Positions 49,576 to 58,276 of a stretch of DNA of 64,000 bases are shown here, piece after piece. The stretch comes from a virus: the IMG/VR virus record IMGVR_UViG_3300034018_003010, one strand, 5' to 3'. Position numbers and translations under genes: made by a program. Positions within the stretch are counted from its first letter, which is position 1, and every line of letters starts with the position of its first letter. A model generated the notes under the pieces. That model ran no database searches, had not been told where the DNA came from, and was given only the letters and a program-made list of their open reading frames with translations.

Positions 49576-50404
49576 GTTTAAACAGCTTTATTTTAAGGAA
49601 TGGCTAGGAACGAGCCCAGCAGCTTTATTTGGTTTTCCATCAAATGCCAAAACACATAAAGCAACTACCAGTTTATATGAAGAAGAACCTCTGGAACCAC
49701 TAAAAATTTCAGGAATTTTAACCGAACTTGTTAATTTGGGAAAAATAGGAAATAAGAAACCTTCTAGAAAATTTGAAAGCAAAGTTGTTTATGGCGAAAC
49801 TATAAATCCAGTAGGAAATTATACTGTAGAAGTTTCTCCTTTTGGATCTTTGAAAATAATAATAAGAAGAGAAATAACTGATTTAACTGGTGAAAGTGTT
49901 GCCATTTGCAAGAATATACTTCCTTTAATTAATGATTACAATCATATAGGAGATATGGATATCGAAGAAGAACTTAGAATTGCTGTTAATGTAAATAGCT
50001 ATCTTGAATCTGTAGACAAAACACCATTAGAATCTCCAAATGCAAAATATACTGGATTAAGAAAATTAACTTTAGACATAGCTTCTGAAGTAAGAGCTAG
50101 ACATCCGGCTGTTATGATTTATAATGGAACAATTGAAAATAATGAAAATAATTACACAATATATTTTTCATTTACTGGAAACGGTGTTGAATCTCCAAGT
50201 GCTAATAGAGCAGAACAATTTAATATCAATTTGGCATATTACCCAGAAAAAGGATTAATAAGATGTTGGGGAAATGATATATTATCTCCTACTAAACAAA
50301 GATTGTGGAAACTTCAACCAAGCGAGTGGGATGAATATTATTCTCCATCTCAACCCAATAAAGAAATTGTAGAAACAATAAGAAATGCATTCTCAACTTA
50401 CTAA
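49574..50404 (+). CDS. Hypothetical protein with capsid-targeting-like N-terminus
   Basis: MFKQLYFKEWL. Confidence 0.7.
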   Translation: MFKQLYFKEWLGTSPAALFGFPSNAKTHKATTSLYEEEPLEPLKISGILTELVNLGKIGNKKPSRKFESKVVYGETINPVGNYTVEVSPFGSLKIIIRREITDLTGESVAICKNILPLINDYNHIGDMDIEEELRIAVNVNSYLESVDKTPLESPNAKYTGLRKLTLDIASEVRARHPAVMIYNGTIENNENNYTIYFSFTGNGVESPSANRAEQFNINLAYYPEKGLIRCWGNDILSPTKQRLWKLQPSEWDEYYSPSQPNKEIVETIRNAFSTY

Positions 50405-51090
50405 GCAGACTCAAAATCAAACATTTTATTATAAACAGTTTGTACTTTTTCTAAGTTATAGTCATCATATTTTTTAGTATTTGATAGATCTTTTATATCT
50501 TGAAGAAGTTCTGGTTTTATTATTTTTATCCACTTTGAAACCAAAATATACAAAGGACTTATTTTTTTCAATATAACAAATTTTAAAATATCAAGACTTG
50601 AGTTTATATATTTTTCTTTTGTTACATCACTTCCTAGTATTGATAAAATTGTTTTTTTTGTTTTATCTAATTCCATTTCAATATTGCTTTCAACAACATG
50701 ATATTCAATTTTTGTTGTGGCGTTTTCAACAGCTACTTTTTTCTTCCATAGCATCCATCTTTTTTCAGATTGTTCTCCATGAAGACAATTAGCTTCAACT
50801 ACCACTTGGTGGCCATCATTTTGTATTTTTTTAAGAATCTCAAGCTGTGCTCTCATGTATAAAACAAATTGAAATCCTTTAAAGGTTTTATTTTTATCTC
50901 TTACAAACTTTAAAATATTCTTAAACAAATATGTTTTTCTAATATCTCCTTTTCTACCACTAATCTTTTGGTGTCTGTAGTTTGGAAATATCTTGTGTCT
51001 TAATTCAACCCAATGACAAGTGAGTTGATAAGCCAGAGTTTCTTCTGGAGTGAAGTTGCCTTCTACAGCGATCTGGGGGTCGTATTGCAT
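50401..51090 (-). CDS. Hypothetical protein, possibly gp59-like helicase loader
   Basis: AYQL..F.NY..K..G..RKTYLFK pattern weakly resembles the gp59 N-terminus; divergent from the polA/helicase operon. Confidence 0.45.
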   Translation of the reverse strand: MQYDPQIAVEGNFTPEETLAYQLTCHWVELRHKIFPNYRHQKISGRKGDIRKTYLFKNILKFVRDKNKTFKGFQFVLYMRAQLEILKKIQNDGHQVVVEANCLHGEQSEKRWMLWKKKVAVENATTKIEYHVVESNIEMELDKTKKTILSILGSDVTKEKYINSSLDILKFVILKKISPLYILVSKWIKIIKPELLQDIKDLSNTKKYDDYNLEKVQTVYNKMFDFESA

Positions 51091-51105
51091 TTTTCTAGTC
51101 TACGC

Positions 51106-51135
51106 TTGAATTCTTCTTTTGCAAGAGGTTATACT
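51106..51135 (+). promoter_or_regulatory. Sigma70-like promoter for the structured RNA
   Basis: TTGAAT (51106-11), 18-nt spacer, TATACT (51130-35); predicted TSS ~51142. Confidence 0.6.
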
Positions 51136-51144
51136 TCAATTAAG

Positions 51145-51600
51145 TCAAGGAGTAAGGCCAAGTGTCTGCCTGAACTAGCTTGACGGTTTTAAGTGGTTAA
51201 ATTTATTTAAACACTTGAGACTAAAACCATGTTGAGACGGTACCCCCTGTCAAGGCCCGTTAGGAAATCTGGGATCCTAACGATTCAACAACGCAGATGA
51301 GGTGAGCCTTTACCTGCCTAATTTCGGCAGGCAGTTATGTGAAGAGTAAAGTATCTTAGAACTGAAAAGTTTTTAGAACTAAATCTCTTCTAAGAACAAA
51401 AACTTAAGAATCTTGATTCTTGTTAGTTTGTTTTATGCATAACAGGGTAAAGGTTAAGATTCTGTTCAAAAAGACACATTAGTTTTATCTAAGTTGTTTT
51501 TACAGCTTAGGCGAAACCAAGTGGATTAGACTTTAAAAAGGTTTAAGTAATCTTTACTTAATCCTTTTATTTTTGTCTTACCCCCCTTGGCCTGCCCCCC
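51145..51600 (+). ncRNA. Large structured non-coding RNA of unknown class (~450 nt)
   Basis: Longest ORF-free gap in the window. Nested helices incl. 51155-62/51586-93, 51162-67/51472-77, 51185-95/51212-22, 51258-65/51275-82, 51305-15/51445-55, 51334-40/51437-43, 51488-96/51503-11; G-U pairs work only on the + strand. Confidence 0.75.
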
Positions 51601-51678
51601 AGTGCGGACTGATAATTACATTTAATGTAATCATATAATCTGTTTGTTTGATTCCTCTAGAAGTGTTAAAGTTCAAGT

Positions 51679-52998
51679 ATGAAAAACCTTTGCGATTTGA
51701 CTTCCAATCTTTATGAGGCTTGTGGAGTTGAGAAGTTTTTGTTTTGTGTTTGGACACCAGCAGATCCAGATTCCACAACTTTGGTTGATTGCAATATTAA
51801 ATTACAAATATTTGGGGTTAAAGGTTATAATCAAATATTTAATATAAATCCAGATAATGCTTTGTTGGTAGCTACTATGTTGACGACAGTTATAAATGAA
51901 AAAAATATTATGGTTGTTGGTTATAACTTTAAAAATCTTTACACATTATTTGGCAGGCTATGTGGTAAAAATATTTTCTTTAAGTATTTTTATGATTTGT
52001 ATTGGTATGAATCTTACAATTCTCTGCCTAGTTCAGTAGGCAACATCGGCATGGCGACTAAAAACTTTATTACCTTTACTAAAGATGCCAGCGCTATAAA
52101 ATTATATAAACTAATTTATATGCAATTAATTCAACAGGTTGTTCCTGCTTTGGAATCTTTCATTTTAAGGCACGATTTTAAGTGTGTGCTGGTTTATCCG
52201 AATTATGTGGTCGAAGGCCAAGAGAACGGAAGATTGCTGTGTAACAACGAAAAAAAGTACTCTTACAACCCACACTCGTTGGGGGGTGATAAATCGGCTC
52301 TTACATTGCCTCAAAAATACACATACTTTATGCAGATGGATTACAAAAATATGGAAGTAGCTGTTTTGGCAGAAATAGCTAATGACGAGAATCTTCTTAA
52401 GATAGTAAATAATAGCGAAGATGTATATGCGGATATATTTTACAAAGTTACTGGTGATATTAATTTTGAAAATGCAAGGGAATTCGGCAAAAAAATGTTT
52501 TTGCCGGTTATATATGGACAGACAGCAAACAGTCTGTCAAAAGTTCTCGATATTTCATTAGATCAATCAGAAAAATTTATAAACAATTTAAGGGAGCAGT
52601 TCCCAGCATCTTTTCATTTTGTTGAAAAGAGTTCAAATGAAGCAAGATCTCAAGGTTTTTGTTTAGATTATTTTGGTAGGAAAAGAATTTTCGATGATTC
52701 TACTTATTACAAAGCAAGAAATTTTGTTGTACAATCTCCAGCATCATTGATTTGTTTATATTATTTGGTAAAATTATACAAGGGTGCTAAAAATTTGTTT
52801 TCTTTAGTTTTTCATGTGCATGATGGTTACTTTATGGCTATTTCCAAAGAAAATTTGAAAGATGGTTATAAAGTTGCAAAAAATATACTTGAGAGTGAAA
52901 ACGAATTGATTCCATCCCTTAAATTAAAAGTAAGTTCCAAGATAGGTCTAAGATTAGACAATATGCAAAGTACTGAAAAACACAAAGGGAAAAAATGA
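51679..52998 (+). CDS. Minimal family-A DNA polymerase (thumb-less, degenerate 3'-5' exonuclease)
   Basis: NGRLL, motif A MDYKNMEVAVLA, motif B REFGKKMFLPVIYG, DYFGRKR, NFVVQS, motif C VHDG; only 439 aa. Confidence 0.88.
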   Translation: MKNLCDLTSNLYEACGVEKFLFCVWTPADPDSTTLVDCNIKLQIFGVKGYNQIFNINPDNALLVATMLTTVINEKNIMVVGYNFKNLYTLFGRLCGKNIFFKYFYDLYWYESYNSLPSSVGNIGMATKNFITFTKDASAIKLYKLIYMQLIQQVVPALESFILRHDFKCVLVYPNYVVEGQENGRLLCNNEKKYSYNPHSLGGDKSALTLPQKYTYFMQMDYKNMEVAVLAEIANDENLLKIVNNSEDVYADIFYKVTGDINFENAREFGKKMFLPVIYGQTANSLSKVLDISLDQSEKFINNLREQFPASFHFVEKSSNEARSQGFCLDYFGRKRIFDDSTYYKARNFVVQSPASLICLYYLVKLYKGAKNLFSLVFHVHDGYFMAISKENLKDGYKVAKNILESENELIPSLKLKVSSKIGLRLDNMQSTEKHKGKK

Positions 52999-53555
52999 GT
53001 TCGATATATAAAAACTTTCCAATTACTTCGGAAGAGTATACAAAGTTAGATAAAAAGTTTGGTAAACTTTGTTATTATGCGGCTTGGCAATTAACTAGGA
53101 AGAATTGTAATAATAATCATCAATATGATTTAGATGATTTTCAACAAGAATTGATGTTAGCTGTGTTGAGAGCTGGAAGCTATTATAAGAGGCAGATTTT
53201 TTTGAATTCTTGTTTTGACACTTTATTACTTAATAAAAAATTAGACAAAGTTTCAAAGTTAGTTTTGGAAGAGTTAATAAATTTGTGGAAGAACAGAACT
53301 AGGCACGGTGCGAATAGGCAGACTTTTGGCGACTATCAAGAATTAGTTCTTGAAAAAATATGTAATAGTTTTTTAAAAATCAATGAGCGACCTGATAAAG
53401 AAAGGTCTTTGCAATTTGATTTGAAATTTTCGACATACTGCAAACAAATCGTATGGAATTGCCAAAGAAATTTAGGTAAAAAGATTACAAGAGAAAAGCC
53501 ACTGAGAGGTGGCCAGGTCAGTATTTCTGATCATGATTATTTAGTAGATGGGTGA
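52995..53555 (+). CDS. Sigma-factor region-2-like protein
   Basis: KFGKLCYYAAW..DLDDFQQELMLAVLRA..KFSTYCKQIVWN. Confidence 0.55.
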   Translation: MSSIYKNFPITSEEYTKLDKKFGKLCYYAAWQLTRKNCNNNHQYDLDDFQQELMLAVLRAGSYYKRQIFLNSCFDTLLLNKKLDKVSKLVLEELINLWKNRTRHGANRQTFGDYQELVLEKICNSFLKINERPDKERSLQFDLKFSTYCKQIVWNCQRNLGKKITREKPLRGGQVSISDHDYLVDG

Positions 53556-53558
53556 AAA

Positions 53559-55064
53559 GTGAGTGATCTCAGCGAACAGGAAAAAGAGACACTCAAAGCC
53601 CTTATAACTACAGACTCTCAAAAGATTAAGTTCAAGTGGGATGATAATTTTCAAAGAAGAATTTTAGCTTTAATATTGACCGACAGCTTTTTTTTGATTC
53701 AGGCTAGAGCTTTGATAGTGCCAGAGTATTTTTCAAACGATTCTCATGTTGATGTGGCTACTGTTTTGTATGCTTATTTTGATACTTATAAAACAATGCC
53801 TGACAAAGAGTTCATGAAACACCTTGTGTCAGAAAAAATAAAAGGCAGATCGGATGCAATAAAGCTTTATTATAAAAATGAATTGGAAAACATCTACGAA
53901 TCTTTTATTCCTCCTTCAGAAATAAAACCAGCTTTGCTTGACAAACTACTTGCATTTGCCAAGATGCAGGCCTTGCGTATTGCTATGGATTTATCACAAA
54001 AAGATTTAAAAACAAATAATCCTGAAGATGAATCTACATGGACTACGATATGTGAAAGATTTCAAAACGCTTTAAATGTCAATAAGAATTTTGAAATAGG
54101 TTTTGAATATTTTAATAACTTGCAAGAAATTTTTGCTGATCTTGAAAATGACATCAAGCCAGAAGATAAGTTTACTTCTGGATTTTCCAAGATTGATGAT
54201 AGTCTTTCTTTTGGAGGATGCCGAAGAGGCGAGATTTATTCTTTTATAGGTTTGCCTGGAAAAGGTAAATCTTTGTGTTTGGTGAAAAGCGCTGTAGAAA
54301 ATATCAAGGTGGGCAAAAAGGTTGTGTATCTTTCTTTGGAAATGGATTGCATGTCCATAGCCAGAAGATTCACTAGTCAATTTGCTATGGTTCCTCATGC
54401 TCACATTTCAAAGCACAAGAGAGAAATTGAAGATCTTATTAATATAAATACACGAGAATTCATTGATAAAAATCGTTTTATAATTAAACAATTTCCTTCT
54501 GGCACTCTTGATATATCTGGAATTAGATCATATTTAGAGCAAATTATAATTAGTGGTTTTAGACCAGACTTGTTAATTATAGATTATCCGGGGGAAATGA
54601 AAGACGTTCCTGGAATTTCTACATGGGAATCAAAGTATCGTATTATGCGAGACTTGCGTGGCCTTGCCATAATTCATCAAATGTGTGTTTATGTTGCAAT
54701 TCAACCAAATAAGCTTGCAGCAAGCCACACATTAGAAGAGTACATTGATGAAAACAGCATTGGCGGGTCGTTTGATCAAGTCAAGCCTTTAGATGGTTTG
54801 TGGAGCATAAATCAAACCAACGATGAGACAACTGCTGGATATGGTAGAATTTTTGTTGTAAAGCACAGAAATGGCAAGGCTAAGTTTGCGTTTCCTATAA
54901 AATATGATAAAGAAACTTTAGACATCAACGAATGTTCTGAAGGAGAATATAGAATAGCTTTGCACAATATACACAATCAAAAAGCAGATGTTGCCAATGT
55001 AGACGGAAGAAAGAATTCAAAGAAAAAAGAACCTAAAGAGGAGGACGTGGATTATGCAGAGTGA
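53559..55064 (+). CDS. Replicative DnaB-like helicase (T4 gp41-like)
   Basis: TSGFSKIDD..GG.RRGE, GLPGKGKS, YLSLEM, IKQFP, LIIDY, VKHRNG. Confidence 0.93.
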   Translation: MSDLSEQEKETLKALITTDSQKIKFKWDDNFQRRILALILTDSFFLIQARALIVPEYFSNDSHVDVATVLYAYFDTYKTMPDKEFMKHLVSEKIKGRSDAIKLYYKNELENIYESFIPPSEIKPALLDKLLAFAKMQALRIAMDLSQKDLKTNNPEDESTWTTICERFQNALNVNKNFEIGFEYFNNLQEIFADLENDIKPEDKFTSGFSKIDDSLSFGGCRRGEIYSFIGLPGKGKSLCLVKSAVENIKVGKKVVYLSLEMDCMSIARRFTSQFAMVPHAHISKHKREIEDLININTREFIDKNRFIIKQFPSGTLDISGIRSYLEQIIISGFRPDLLIIDYPGEMKDVPGISTWESKYRIMRDLRGLAIIHQMCVYVAIQPNKLAASHTLEEYIDENSIGGSFDQVKPLDGLWSINQTNDETTAGYGRIFVVKHRNGKAKFAFPIKYDKETLDINECSEGEYRIALHNIHNQKADVANVDGRKNSKKKEPKEEDVDYAE

Positions 55065-55488
55065 AGAGTTTTCAATCGGAGATCAAAAGTTTGTTTTAGA
55101 TCCACAAAATCTAAAATTTACTGATGCCACTTTGAACAAATTTTTTGAGAATGTTTCGGGTATTATTGATTATATTGGAGTGGCACATGCCGAAGCCAAT
55201 CGTCAATACACCTTGTTAGAGCACTCCTACAAACAAAAGTACATAGAGAAGTTTAAAGAATTTAAAGAGGCGGGCAAAAGTGATAAAACATCAGAGTTGT
55301 ATGCCGAGGGAGATATAGAGGTTTCAGTATTAAAGGAAAAAATTATAAATGCCAAATATAACAAAGATAGAATTTACGCACATTTAAACGCATTGAATAG
55401 TGCTAGAGAAGATGCTCATAATCGTGGTCATATGTTACGAAAAGAAATGGACAAATTGAATATTGACATTGTGTCAAATGGATTTTGA
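55054..55488 (+). CDS. Recombination mediator UvsY-like
   Basis: Helical ~140-aa protein after the helicase (KSDKTSELYAEGD..LNALNSARE). Confidence 0.6.
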   Translation: MQSEEFSIGDQKFVLDPQNLKFTDATLNKFFENVSGIIDYIGVAHAEANRQYTLLEHSYKQKYIEKFKEFKEAGKSDKTSELYAEGDIEVSVLKEKIINAKYNKDRIYAHLNALNSAREDAHNRGHMLRKEMDKLNIDIVSNGF

Positions 55489-55499
55489 GGAAGACAACT

Positions 55500-56000
55500 A
55501 TGAAGCGTGGAACTGTTAGGGAAGATGGCATGATATATATTCGAAAGAATAGGGATAAGGAAATTTGGGGAACCAAACAAGAATTTGAGAGAACGGAGAA
55601 ATGGCGAAAAGAATACATGGAAAAAAGAAGGAACATGGATCGAAGTTTGCCAGAAAATAAAAAATATAAAATTGGACAATATAATCCAGAAAATGGATTG
55701 TATTTTATTAGAAAATCAGGAAACCTTACTGCAATTTGGGGCACTGAAGAACAACTTTTAGAATATAGAAAAAAAAGAAAAGCTATGAAAGTTGTTTACA
55801 TTCAGAAAATGAAAGTATTAAAAAAAGAAAAAATGAGCAATTTAGAGCGCCGTTGGAGAAGAGGTGATTTGGATCCTGTTTTGGGGTTAGTTTTTTTTAA
55901 ATATAATTCCGATAATGGAAATGAAATTTGGTATGCAAAAGAAAAATTTAAAAAAATTATCGGTAAAGAAAAGCAACTTCGGTCTCTTAGAGGATCATAA
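55500..56000 (+). CDS. Basic protein with three 'G..(D/N)G..F...E.W' repeats (probable DNA-binding, endonuclease-associated)
   Basis: KRGTVREDGMIY..EIWGT / KIGQYNPENGLYF..AIWGT / RRGDLDPVLGLVF..EIWYA. Confidence 0.6.
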   Translation: MKRGTVREDGMIYIRKNRDKEIWGTKQEFERTEKWRKEYMEKRRNMDRSLPENKKYKIGQYNPENGLYFIRKSGNLTAIWGTEEQLLEYRKKRKAMKVVYIQKMKVLKKEKMSNLERRWRRGDLDPVLGLVFFKYNSDNGNEIWYAKEKFKKIIGKEKQLRSLRGS

Positions 56001-56001
56001 A

Positions 56002-56877
56002 ATGAAATCTATAGATGATAATAATTCAGCATATAATTTGGATATGCTGAGGCAGTCTAATGACATAGCCTACAAATGGGCTAAACATTTTAAGTTTTCT
56101 TCAAATAAGTATTTGACAAGTGTTATTAAAATGTACAAAAATAAAAGTTTTTTTTGTGCAAAACTTAGTAAGAATAATCGTAAACTTTTTTTAGAAGATT
56201 ATACAAAAATGTTTTATGCTATTGAAGTAGAAAACGAAATTATTAAACAGTATTATCATGTAATTATACATATAATTAAAAAATTAAAAATAGAGCAATC
56301 TTTAGTAGAATATTACATCGAAATTGGAATGTATACCTTGAGACAATCTGTTTGGAATTATAGAACTCATGAAGCTAATGTTAAATTTATTACTTTTTGC
56401 TATAATGGCATTAATATGAGATTGCGTGGGGAAAGATCTAAGTTGACAATGTATAACAATAGAAAAAAGAGAGTTCTAGAGAGGCTTGAGTCTGATATTA
56501 TAAAAAAAGAAGATTATAACGGTTTTTCTAATATATGTGTTTTCAACCATGATGTAAATGAAAAGATTGAAGAGGAAGAAGTTCAATCTTTGTTTTCAAA
56601 AGCAATAGACATCTCAAACTTGCAAGAAGATGAGCTTTTCTTGCTTACAGAGTATATGAATAGAGATTATTTAAACCAGAATTGGAATGCAATTTATAGG
56701 AATAAGTTTAAAAACACTGGTAAGAATGGAAATACAATATCTAGACAAGGAGTTCATAACAAGTTGATGGCTATTCAAAGAAAGATATACTTGTCACTTG
56801 TAAGATTGGGCTATAATGTTGACATAAAGAAAGTTTCTTTTACAAGAAGATATAATGAATTTGAGGTTGTTTTATGA
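56002..56877 (+). CDS. Sigma70-family-like factor
   Basis: IIKQYYHVIIHII..EIGMYTLRQSVWNY..KFITFCY (region 2); ISRQGVHNK (region-4-like); GAGG SD before ATG 56002. Confidence 0.6.
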   Translation: MKSIDDNNSAYNLDMLRQSNDIAYKWAKHFKFSSNKYLTSVIKMYKNKSFFCAKLSKNNRKLFLEDYTKMFYAIEVENEIIKQYYHVIIHIIKKLKIEQSLVEYYIEIGMYTLRQSVWNYRTHEANVKFITFCYNGINMRLRGERSKLTMYNNRKKRVLERLESDIIKKEDYNGFSNICVFNHDVNEKIEEEEVQSLFSKAIDISNLQEDELFLLTEYMNRDYLNQNWNAIYRNKFKNTGKNGNTISRQGVHNKLMAIQRKIYLSLVRLGYNVDIKKVSFTRRYNEFEVVL

Positions 56878-57452
56878 TAGGTGAAAAATTTGTAGCAAAG
56901 TACATGCGTCTTGCCAAACAATTTGGCGAGGATTACAATCCTTGTTATTCTAGGAAAATAGGCGCTATAGCTGTTGATACAAATATCAATAAGATTGTTG
57001 CAACGGGGTATAATGGCCCTCCAAGAAAAACTCCGCATTGTGATTCTAAAGATCATTTGATTAATATTGTTTGGCCTCAATTAACAGAAAATGAAAAGTC
57101 TTTGTTGCCTGAAAATATTGACACACAAGATAAATTTGTCGAAAAATATGAAAATTGCCAAACATGCCCAAGAAAACTTATAAAGGCTGAATCTGGAAAA
57201 AGGTTAGAATTGTGTAGTTGTGCCCACGCAGAAGTAAATTGTATCGTAAATGCAAGTCAAAACCTATATGGATGCACAATGTTTTGCTGGTGTCCTCTTC
57301 CATGTATCGAATGTACAAAAATAATTATTAATGCTGGCATAAAAGAAGTTCATTGTTTTAAAGAGCCTCAAGATTATTCTGTTGGAAGTAGATATCTTTT
57401 TGCAAAAGCTGGAGTAAACATTCTAGAATATAATAAGGAAGATTTTAATTAA
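56874..57452 (+). CDS. dCMP deaminase
   Basis: SRKIGA, TGYNG, HAEVN, PCIEC..IINAGI. Confidence 0.93.
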   Translation: MIGEKFVAKYMRLAKQFGEDYNPCYSRKIGAIAVDTNINKIVATGYNGPPRKTPHCDSKDHLINIVWPQLTENEKSLLPENIDTQDKFVEKYENCQTCPRKLIKAESGKRLELCSCAHAEVNCIVNASQNLYGCTMFCWCPLPCIECTKIIINAGIKEVHCFKEPQDYSVGSRYLFAKAGVNILEYNKEDFN

Positions 57453-57469
57453 ACATTGGCGGTACCGAA

Positions 57470-58234
57470 ATGAGTTTTGAAGTTGTATACAAATATTATG
57501 AAAAACTAAAGGATTCTTTTGATTATGATAGGGAAAATCCATCTACTTTCAAGAAAGTGTATGGGAAATCCAGCGAAGATTACACACTAGAAAAACTTGC
57601 TTTCAACATATATCAGCAGATGGCAAGAAGAGATATTTTTATTTACGATGTGGAAATTTATGAGTTTGCTAAAAAGAAAATAAATTTTAAGCAAAACAAG
57701 ACAGACCTTATTATTAAAAATAAAAAATTCTCGCCAAAAACAGGAACTCTTGAAGATTTAGATGTTGAAGAAGAAGTTGGTCCGCCTTCTTCAAATTGTA
57801 CGAATCTTGCTATACAGCAACCTGCTATGACGAATCCTGTAGTTTGTACACAGGAATCTGTAAATTTGGCTCCGCCTATTCGTTCACAGCAAAATTTAAC
57901 AAATATTGCTTCAAAGCCAAGAAGAGTAATAAAGATGGTGATGTTTGATCCAATTTCGCCCAAAGAAAGAGCTAAATTTCCTTATAAGTTTACACCAGGA
58001 AAAAAGTATCCTGTTTATAAAGAACGCATATCTCCCAGTGGAATAGGCATGTTAATTGAAACCGTTGATGATTTGAACAACTCGGTTTCTGTTTTAGATG
58101 AGCTTTTTGTAGTTGAAGATATGAATCTTGTTGGAGATAATGAAGCTGGATTTAGCGAATCGAGAAGTGGTTTGTCAGACAAAACATTGAATTGGAGCGG
58201 TGTAATAAAAGGCGATGTTCCAAATTTGAGATGA
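57470..58234 (+). CDS. Hypothetical protein
   Basis: 254-aa ORF within the operon. Confidence 0.7.
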   Translation: MSFEVVYKYYEKLKDSFDYDRENPSTFKKVYGKSSEDYTLEKLAFNIYQQMARRDIFIYDVEIYEFAKKKINFKQNKTDLIIKNKKFSPKTGTLEDLDVEEEVGPPSSNCTNLAIQQPAMTNPVVCTQESVNLAPPIRSQQNLTNIASKPRRVIKMVMFDPISPKERAKFPYKFTPGKKYPVYKERISPSGIGMLIETVDDLNNSVSVLDELFVVEDMNLVGDNEAGFSESRSGLSDKTLNWSGVIKGDVPNLR

Positions 58235-58276
58235 GTAGGAATCAGGTGTTAGAAGCGGTCGTTTCAGGAGTTTTTT

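Noticed and set aside
51145-51600. Group I/II intron, RNase P RNA, tmRNA or IscB omegaRNA as identity of the structured region
   Set aside because: Flanking genes are divergent (no exons); GAGACTA has no convincing P7 partner; no GAGGAAAGUCC, tRNA-like ends or domain V seen; no adjacent IscB. A covariance-model search is still needed.
51578-51778. 66-aa minus-strand ORF overlapping the polA start and RNA 3' end
   Set aside because: No recognisable features; antisense to a real gene.
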